This document shows positions 54,848 through 64,000 of a DNA stretch of 64,000 nt, in pieces. A program made the position numbers and the translations under genes. Source of the DNA: the human T2T-CHM13v2.0 reference genome, Homo sapiens; assembly GCF_009914755.1 (NCBI RefSeq), contig NC_060947.1; one strand, given 5' to 3'. The notes under the pieces were generated by a model. It saw only the letters and a program-made list of their open reading frames with translations, was not told where the DNA came from and ran no database searches. The first letter of the stretch is position 1. Every line of letters begins with the position of its first letter.

Positions 54848-56303
54848 TATTTGCATCACATAATATCAAGGAAGCAAGAACTCCAAGCTGCCCTCTGAAA
54901 ATGGTTCCTCCCAACTTCTTGTTCTCCCCCACCTGCTAAACTCAGGGTTTGGGGTAAATTTGTGGGTGGAGGTCAATTACAGAGGAATTCCGTTCATCTA
55001 CTTGATAGTAAAAGTAGTCACTAAAGATCAGGAAATTTCAAATAAGGATGAGAGATCCTGGAAACTGTTGACTACTTTTTGCTTTCAGGTAAAACTACCG
55101 GAAGATATCCGATTCTAATGTCACTAAGCGATGTGGCGTTTATGGTTTCACCTGATATAATTTGTGTGATAAGCAGACTGAGAGGGCTCTCAAGCTTGGC
55201 TCCACAGCTGTTGCTGATCATCCAGTGGAGCAGAGATGTATCCATAGTAATCTTCCTGTTGCAGCCAGAATAAGGTTTCCCATAGGGCTTAAAAGCCTGG
55301 CATATTTTTGGCATCCTTAATAAATAAAATACTGCATTGCATAAGGGTAAATCTGAAACCTCCTTTTAGAGAGAGGGTGAAAGTGGTGACATTTGCTATA
55401 TTATGTCAGTAGAGGGTAGGTAGTGAGAAGAGATTCAAATTGGAAGTTATTAAAACACCTCTATTCTTTTAAGTGTCTCATTTTCTCCATTCTTTAATCA
55501 TGTAAATGACCAATGAACAACATTCCCAGGGGTATGCGATTGATTGCACATTACAGATGATGAGAAGGATGCTATGTGGAGGGAGACAAATAGTAAATTA
55601 AGCAAATTCTATGGAGAAGCATTTTCTCATTTAATGTCCTGTTAGTTTGGGAACATTTAGGGAATGGGGCGGAGAAAGGAAAAACATGTGACAATTTAGA
55701 GAACATCTGTAGCTGGGTATGGATGAGTATAGGTCAGGGATTTGCTTATTTAAAGCATAATGAGAACAATATTAAATCTTTTTCTTCCTGCCTCTTTTTA
55801 ATCGATGCTAGCATATATTTCCCAGATGAGGCAACAAAAATGGTACAGGTTTTGAGAGCAAAGGGAAGGAATTCTAAAGGCAATGACATGGTCATTGGAA
55901 GCCTCTGACAAAAAGAACATGCCTCTTAGGAGCTGAGGGGTGACATGTTAGTACATCTCAATGAGTAATTTAACAGTTTGATTAATTGTCACTTTGAGAA
56001 TCCCACAGGCTCTGATTCAGAGAAGGAAACAGAGGATATCTCATTGGAGATAGTAACATAAGTCACTGATGGCTATGGAGAGCAATGGGCAGCGGGTTTA
56101 GAAGGCTTTTATGAGTGGAGTGGAGTGCTGACAGAAACACATTCAAGCCATGGTGAAATAGAATAGCTATATCCATGGCTAATAAAGAAGAAGTTAGAGG
56201 CTTCGAGGAAAGGCTTTAGAGTCCTAGATAACAGAAGCAGATAGGTTGATGAATTGCATGATACATTCTACATTCTAGTCAGAGCTCGTTGATGAAATTG
56301 AAG

Positions 56304-56841
56304 CAGTGGTTCCCAATTGTTACGGGTCTGGATATTTGTCCCCTCCACATCTCGTGTGGGAATGTGATCCTCAATGTTGAAGGTGGGGCTCAGTAGGAGG
56401 TGACTGGGTCATGAGGACTTATGCCTTGTTAATGGCTTGGTGCCCTCCTCATAGTAATGAGTGAGTTCTCACTCACACGAGAGCTGGTTGTTGAAAGGAG
56501 CCAGCATCTCCTCCTCCTTCTCTTGCTCCCTCTTGCCATGTGACATGCCAGCTCTGCCTTTGCCTTCCACCACCATTGTAAGCTTCCTGAGGTCTCACTA
56601 GAAGCCAAGCAGATACTGGTGCCATGTTTGTACAGCTTGCAGATCTGTGAGCCAAAATAAACTTCTTTTAATGAAAAGAATTAAATTACCCAATCTCAGG
56701 TATTTCTTTATAGCAATGCAAAACGGACTAGCACACAAACCCTGAAGTTTCTGATTTTAGTAGCCATGAATAGGAATCAAGAATACAGATTCTTAGGGTG
56801 TTTAGCAGATTCTGATTCTTGACCAAGCTTGGCAACCACTG
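56304..56841. mobile_element. MER5-like hAT remnant split by an MST LTR
   Basis: Termini cagtggttccc / ggcaaccactg; internal gattctgat motifs; TSD not evident. Confidence 0.5.
56318..56735 (+). mobile_element. MSTB-like solo LTR
   Basis: gatatttgtcccctcca...aatggcttggtgccct...taagcttcctgagg...aaattaccca..ctcaggtatttctttatagcaatgcaaaacggactagcaca. Confidence 0.92.
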
Positions 56842-57287
56842 TTTTACGAGAAAGCAATTGCCAAATGACCCGAATTCCATCTAGGCTATATTATCCTATT
56901 GTTTAGAGAAAAAAAAGTTGTATAATAAAGAATTTGAAGAAAATATGCATTTTTAAATGTGTCATATTTGAGCATCAGCCCCTCTCTCTTTATAAGGCAA
57001 GGGGTTTTAATATTACCATAAAACCATATAGCTTAACAAATGACCAGTGGATCTACTGCTGTTTGGTGATAAAATGCTCAAGTATTCAAGGTTCTTTCTG
57101 CATATGTTTGGTTTATCTGTTGGTGGTGAGACACTTTTTCTGGCTTGTTTGCTTGAGAGGGGAAAAGACCAGGTTTAAACAGTCGATCCTCTACACCTTG
57201 AATTTGGAAGGAACAGCAAACAATATATGAGTTTATATAAATGAATTATGTCTCAGATTAAAAATATAGTTAAAAAAACCACTAGGA

Positions 57288-57750
57288 GGCACGATTCACA
57301 ATAGCCAAGAGGAGGAAGTAACCCAAATGTCTATCGAGGGGTGAATGGAAAAACAAAATGTGGTATTTATATACAGTGGAATATTATTCAGACTTTAAAA
57401 GGGAGGAAATCCTGTCACATGCTACTACGTGGATGAACCTTGAGGACATTATGCTAGGTGAAATAAGCCAATTACAAAAAGCCAAATGCTGTATGATTCC
57501 ACTTATACGACTATTTAAAGTAGTCAAATTCATAGAAACAGAAAGTTAAATGGTGGTTATCAGGAGGTGGGGGAAGGAGAAAAAGGGGAATTGTTGTTTT
57601 AATAAGTACAGTTTCAGATTTGCAAGATGAAAAATTTCTGGAGGTTTGTTTCACAACAATGGGAATATGTTTAAAACTACTGAATACACCTAAAAATAGT
57701 TGAGATGGTAAATTTTATGTTACGTATATTTTATTATAATCAAAAAAAAC
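57288..57750 (+). mobile_element. L1MB-type 3' end
   Basis: ORF 57358-57549 resembles the ORF2 C-terminus (MWYLYTVEYYS..ATTWMNLEDIML); L1MB-type 3' UTR. Confidence 0.88.
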
Positions 57751-59432
57751 TTGGCAGTCTCTTACAAACCATCAAGCCATATAGGACTTTCTTTTTCAAG
57801 CATGTGATAATTTTGAGCGGTTGCATACATTTGTACTGGGCTTCCAATAAGTTGTTTTAAAACAGTTTTCAGAAATCCTGTAAATTATTGAAAATATAAA
57901 CTTTTTAGCTTTTCTATGTCCACAGTTTTTCCATGGCCCTCCTTTCCAAATATTGAGTGCACAATAGATTTATTTCTTTGCTTTTCTATTCTGGATTTCA
58001 TTGTGTCATGATCACCATGAGATAGGAAGCACTTGTGGGAAATGCAAACTTCCTATTCTTCCTTACTTTAACCCGAGATAGCCTACTCAAAGTTCATATA
58101 CAGCAAAGTAATATTTTTGTATTCATGGCATTTACATCTCCCAGGTAATCATGATGCTTTCTGTCATGTGCTCTCTGTTTATTTCCCCGCTAGTGCTTAT
58201 ACAAACTCATGTCTATTTCCATTTTCTTTAGAAGAAGTCTTTGTAATCCATCTCTTATTTAATCATGCCATTACACTTTTCAGAACTCTCTCTAATTTGT
58301 TTTGTCTTTCTGGTCTTGAAGAGCCCCCAAATAACATAATTTCTGAGTTAGAGAATCTTCTTTTGCCTAAGAAAACTTTGGTGATTATATCGTCCAGACA
58401 ACACTGGCCTTATAGAGTATAAGTATAAGAAATGCTTGGACACTCCATAACAACATTTTAGACTTTTGCTATGCATTGAATGAGAAAATGCACAAATGAC
58501 ACAAAATTACCGTGAATTCAGTAACAATTGTTGTATCAATCACAACATCTAGACACACTTAAAAAGTAAGAGTACACATGTGTGAGGGATGCATTATTTA
58601 TTCAATCAACAGACAATATTTATTAGGCATATAATTCTAGGCAACTTCTCTAACCTCCAGCCACCCTCCCACCCTCAAAGAGCTCTACAATCCGCTGTTT
58701 AGGAGAACCAACCCTTGATTCCAAGTAAATTTCACTTAAGTCACTCCAGAGAGAGGGTTTTTTAACCTATCCTAAACAGCTCCAGCAAAGGAGATTCCAC
58801 AGGCTTGTGCTTCCCATTCCACAAGCTAATGTTGCAGCACTTAATAACTAACTCCTTCATTTCAGGCTCCCTGCCAGCCTGAAACATCTGTGTCAGTCAA
58901 AGGCAGTGACTCCGTTTTTCATTCTACTGCTCCTCCTCCTCAAGCCAATATGTACAGTCCTTTCAAAGATGGCCTATGCCACCCAGCCTCATGTTGCAGA
59001 GGTGAACAGCAGGGAGCCAGTTCAAGGGATGAGGATTTAGAGACACCAAGGCTCACATCAAATGCTATTTATTGTTATTTCACATGTTGATCTCGAACAA
59101 GTTGCTTACACTCCGTTCTGTAACCTTGTTTGGTAAATGGAGGCAAAAGTAGTTGACAGACCACTGTGGGGCTTAGCTAATTAAACTTCCGGCTCTGGAC
59201 TTATGTTTTCTAAAGGCTGCAAAGCTGACAAATTGCTGCCCTCCTTCTCTTCAGGATCATTAATAAAGCTATTAAAGAAATTGTGCTCAATACTGACCCC
59301 TTGGTGGACAGCTATACCCAGATGAGAAATAAAGTGTGTAGCTATTAATTACTCTCATGGCCCTTGAGGTGCTTTAGAATTCATAGGGATTTTTCTTTAT
59401 TCAAGTATTCTGATTTAAAAAATACTGTATTA

Positions 59433-59817
<385 letters not shown>

Positions 59818-59998
59818 TCAAATGACATCTGTCATTGGCTGATTTTATTATCTTAAATAACAATCTCACCTTGTCTGGGCTTCAGTCTTGTCATGTGTAA
59901 AGTGAGGTGATTGAGTGGCTAATCATAAAGGGTTCTTCCAGCTCTCTTTCCAAGATTGTGTGCAGATCACGTTGCAGTCAATTGAGGCTGATGGAATT

Positions 59999-61650
59999 AT
60001 TTTTATTTTATTTATGATTATCACATAATAATTGTGTATATTTATTGCATGCAATGTGATGTTTCGATGCATATGCCCATGGTATAATGACCAAATCAGA
60101 GTAATTACCATATCCATCACTTTAAACTTTATTTCTTTGTGTTGACAACATTCAAAATCTTCTCTTCTAGCTATCTTGAAATTTACCTGCATTGTTATAG
60201 TCACCCTGTTCTGTAATAGAACATCAAAACTTATTCCTCCTGTCTAAAGGTAACTTTGTACCCATTGACTAACCTTCCCGGTGCCCCACCCCCAACCCCT
60301 TATTCTTCCCAACCACTGATAACCACTATCCTACTGTCTACTTTTATGAGATTAACTTTTTTAGATTCCACATATGAGTGAGATCATGCAGTGTTTGTTG
60401 TTCTGTGCTTGGTTTATTTTACTTAACGTAATGTCCTTCAGGCTGATCCATGTTGTTGCAATGATAGGATTTCATACTGTTTTATGGCTGAATAGTATTC
60501 TATATATATATATACACACATTATTATATATTTATTCCATATATAATAGTATATATAATATATAATAGTGTTCCATATATATATACACATATATACAGAG
60601 AGAGAGAAAGAAAGAGAGAGAGAGACTATTCCATTTTATATATATATACACATCACATTTTCTTTATTCATCTGTAGACTGGCATTTATGTTGATTCCAT
60701 ATCTTGGCTATTGTGAATAGTGCTGCCACAAACATGGGTGTGCAGATGTCTCTTCAACATACTCGTTTCATTTCTTTCAGATATATACCCAGCAGTGGGA
60801 TTGCTGAATCCTATGGTAGTCCTATTTTTACTTTTTTGAGGAACTTCCGTCTGTTTTCCCCAGTAGCTGTACTAGTTTACATTCCCATCAGCAGTGTATA
60901 AAATTTCCCATTTTCACCAGAATGTGATTTTTAATCATTTTTATACTACCCATTCTAATTGCGGCGAGGTGTTATCTCATTATGGTTTTGATTTGCATTT
61001 CTATGATGACTGATGATCATCAGAGTGATGTTGAACATTTTTAAATATATCTGTTGGCCATTTGTATATCTTCTTTTGATAAATGCCTACTCAGGTCTTT
61101 GGCCCATTTTTATATCAGATTATTTGGGGTTTTCCTATTGAGTGGTTTGAGCTCCTTATATATTCTGGTTATTAATCCCTTTTTAATCCCTTGTCAGATG
61201 TGTAGTTTGTAAATATTTTCTCCCATTCTGTAGGTTGTCTCTTCACTTTATTGATTGTTTCCTTTGCTGTGCGGAGGTTTTTTATTTGATGTAATCCCAA
61301 TTGTCCGTTTTTGCCTTGGTTACCTGCACTTTTGAAGTCAAATTAAAAAAATCCTTGCCCAATCTAATTTCATGGAGCATATTCCCTATGTTTTCTTCTA
61401 GTAATTTCATAGTTTGGGGTCTTACATTTAAGTATTTAATCAATTATTGATTTTTGTATATGGTGAGAGATAGCGGTCTAGATTCATTCTTTTGCATATG
61501 GATATCCAGTTTTCCTAGAACCATTTATTGAAGAGTTTCCCTTTCCCTATTACGTGTTCTTAGTGCTTTTGTTGAAAATCAGTTGGTTGTAAATGTGTGG
61601 GTTTATTTCTGGGCTCTCTTTCATTCCATTGGTCTATGTGTCTGTTTTTA
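59999..61650 (-). mobile_element. L1MA4-6-like 3' 1.6 kb with an internal (TA)n/(GA)n expansion
   Basis: 3' UTR and ORF2 end on the antisense strand; degenerate TSD ctgatggaatta/ctgatagcatta. Confidence 0.9.
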
Positions 61651-61839
61651 CTGATAGCATTACTTTAGAAAACCTATGAACAGTATAACATATAATATGT
61701 GATTAAAAACTATATAATAACATTAGACTAGTAACTCTACAAGTAGGTATGTTAGACTTAGCATCTATAATCAAATGATTTTCAAAATAATGAATACTGG
61801 AAAATTTTAAAAGGCTGTGCCTAGACCTTGGTAGCCTAC

Positions 61840-63235
61840 ACCATTCTCCACCTAAAGAAACTAGGGCAACACAGATAACTGGCTGATTTCAGGGCAAGGC
61901 CAGGGAAGGTACAAGATAAGCCTAGAGTATCTTATTATATCAGAAAGCCATGAACTGCTCAAAAAAAATAGTGGGGGCATGTCACAAGGACAGAAGAACC
62001 AGTTTGGAGGAGCTCCCATTGGCCAAATCTCAGACAATTTCAGTATTAAAATAATAAAGTAATAATTATAAATACATTTAGAAAAATGTAGAAAATCATA
62101 AGCTCATATCAATAAAAAATAAATAACCGTGGAGAAGTGCTTGCTTATAGTAAAATGCTGAATGCTGACTAGTAAGTGTGGAGGAAGTGCTATAGTTAAA
62201 AAGTCAGTATTTTGTAAGCATCAAAATAAAGATTGGATAAAATAAAAATCAGTAGATATTAAATCTAAGTAGAAATGTTGATGAAGAGGATGTTTAGATG
62301 GAATTAAAGCAATCTCACAGGCTGCTTATTAGTTGCAAGTGGAAAGACAGTACTTATGCAATGGAGAATTTGGACAATTATTTGACCAGGCGATCAAAAT
62401 TAGCATCACGAATGAGGAGCACATACACCGCATGTGTCTTCAGATGTGATTCCTTGAGAAGATCAATACCGTATAACCTACCCTGAGAAAGCACAGCTTG
62501 TATCTAATCACGAAGAAATATCAGATAAACCCCCCAAAAGGGACATTGAAAATATCAACATCATGAAAAAGAAGAAACTTTATGGAATGTTTCAGAATAA
62601 AAGAGGTTAAAAAAACATGACAACTAAATGTAATACTTGACCCCAGGCTAAATTCTGTACTGGAGGGAAAAATGCCACAAAGGACATTATTAGGCCAACT
62701 ATAAAAGGTATGATATGAATATACAGACAGTAGATTAGAAAAAACTAGTATATCAATGTAAACTTATGAAGTTGATAACTTCCACAAAGAAGTTATTCTT
62801 ACAAAGTGTACACCTGAAGTATTTACAGGTAAAGACACATGATATATGCAATTTACCTCAAATAGTTCAGAAAAAGGGTTCAGAAAAATGCTCTAGTCCT
62901 AGCTACTCTGGACACTGAGGCAGGAGGATCCCTCGAGCCCAGGAGTTCCAGGCTGCAGTGAGCCATGATCGTGCAACTGCACTTCACCCTGGATGACAGA
63001 GGGAGACCTTGTTTCTAAAAATAAATAAAATAATTCAGAAAAACAGTTCTCAAGTAGTTCAGAAAAAGAGGAGATGAAAGAGAGATGGATGGGAGAGAAG
63101 TAACTGATGAAGCAAATGAATTAAATGATAGCAAGAAGTGAGGCTAGGTAAAGGTTATACAGGTGTACCTTACACTATTCTTATTTTTGCAACATTTCTG
63201 CACATTTTTAATGGTTTCCAAATAAAAAGGTAAAA
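61840..63235 (+). mobile_element. L1MC4-like 3' UTR
   Basis: ccattctccac...ggctgatttcaggg...ggaaggtacaagat...gctcccattggccaaatc; homologous to 27720-29100. Confidence 0.8.
62889..63033 (+). mobile_element. Alu right arm only (AluJ/FRAM-like)
   Basis: tagtcctagctactc...gagcccaggagttccaggctgcagtgagccatgatc; ttcagaaaaa on both sides. Confidence 0.88.
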
Positions 63236-63239
63236 AACT

Positions 63240-63870
63240 TTAAGGAGTAAGATATTTCTTTGCTACAATGCCAAAAGCACAATCCATAACATATTGATAA
63301 ATTGGACTTCATCGAACATAAAAACTGCTTTTGAAAGACACTGTGAAGAGAATGAAAAGACAAGCGCTAGGCTAGGGGAAAAACATTTGCAAGTCATCTA
63401 AAACACTTGCATCCAAATAAAAGACTTATATCCAGAATATATAAAGAACTCATAAAACTAAATAATAAAACAAAAAGAAACAATAAAAATGGCGAAAGTA
63501 TTTGAACGAGCTATGTCACCAAAAAAGGTATATACTCGGAAAATAAGCACATGAAAAATGACCAATCTCATTGGTCATTAGGACAATGCAAATTAAAACC
63601 ACAATAAGATATCAATTCAAACCTACTGGGACGGTTCAAATTAAAAGACTGACCATATCAATTGTTGATGAGAATGTGGGAGAACTGGAACTCTTATGTA
63701 CTGTCAGTTGGGATTTAAAAAGGTACCACTATTTTGGAAAATGTTTTGACAGTTACTTTTAAAGTCAAATCTGCACTTATCATATGACTTAATCATTACA
63801 CTTCTAGGTATTTACCCAAGAGAAGTCAAAGCACATTTCCACACAAACCCTTCTACAAGAATGTTCACCA
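63240..63870 (+). mobile_element. Old L1M ORF2 3' fragment
   Basis: ORF 63571-63762 (MQIKTTIRYQF) resembles the ORF2 C-terminal region. Confidence 0.85.
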
Positions 63871-63871
63871 C

Positions 63872-64000
63872 TCTGGGCAATATGGCTAGACTCCATCTCT
63901 ACAATTTTTTTTTAATTTGAAAAATAAAATCAGCCAAGCATGGTGGCATGTGCCTGCAGTCCTAGCTACTCAAGAGGTCAAGGTGGGAGGATCCTTTGAG
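63872..64000 (+). mobile_element. AluJ, partial (runs off the window end)
   Basis: ctgggcaatatgg..agactccatctctacaa...agccaagcatggtggcatgtgcctg...ggtgggaggatc. Confidence 0.88.

Overview
This is AT-rich primate (human-like) genomic DNA with no protein-coding exon, RNA gene or CpG island that I can support. By eye, roughly two-thirds is interspersed repeat: L1 (L1PA3-, L1PA7-, L1PB1-, L1MA-, L1MB-, L1MC- and L1ME-like), Alu (J, S, Y), MIR, L2, MaLR LTRs (THE1, MST, MLT1) and DNA transposon fossils (MER20, MER45A, MER44, Tigger4a, MER5, a micro-MADE1). Two retroposed mRNA copies are present. One is a near full-length HMGN1 processed pseudogene (25785-27282, minus strand). The other is a 458-bp polyadenylated, TSD-flanked 3'-UTR-like retrocopy of unidentified parent (29486-29943). 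The ORF track consists of repeat-derived or chance ORFs. I found no convincing new gene system. The notable signals are footprints of mutation mechanisms: an L1 3' transduction, an Alu carrying 64 bp of extra 5' DNA inside its TSDs, a deeply nested MIR>L1MC>HMGN1 copy>AluY stack, a 61-bp knot of four interlocking inverted repeats, a local ~90-bp templated duplication, a twin-priming inversion and a templated deletion junction. A few repeat-poor islands carry enhancer-like motif clusters. Subfamily names come from recalled consensus sequences, and the boundaries of old elements are approximate.
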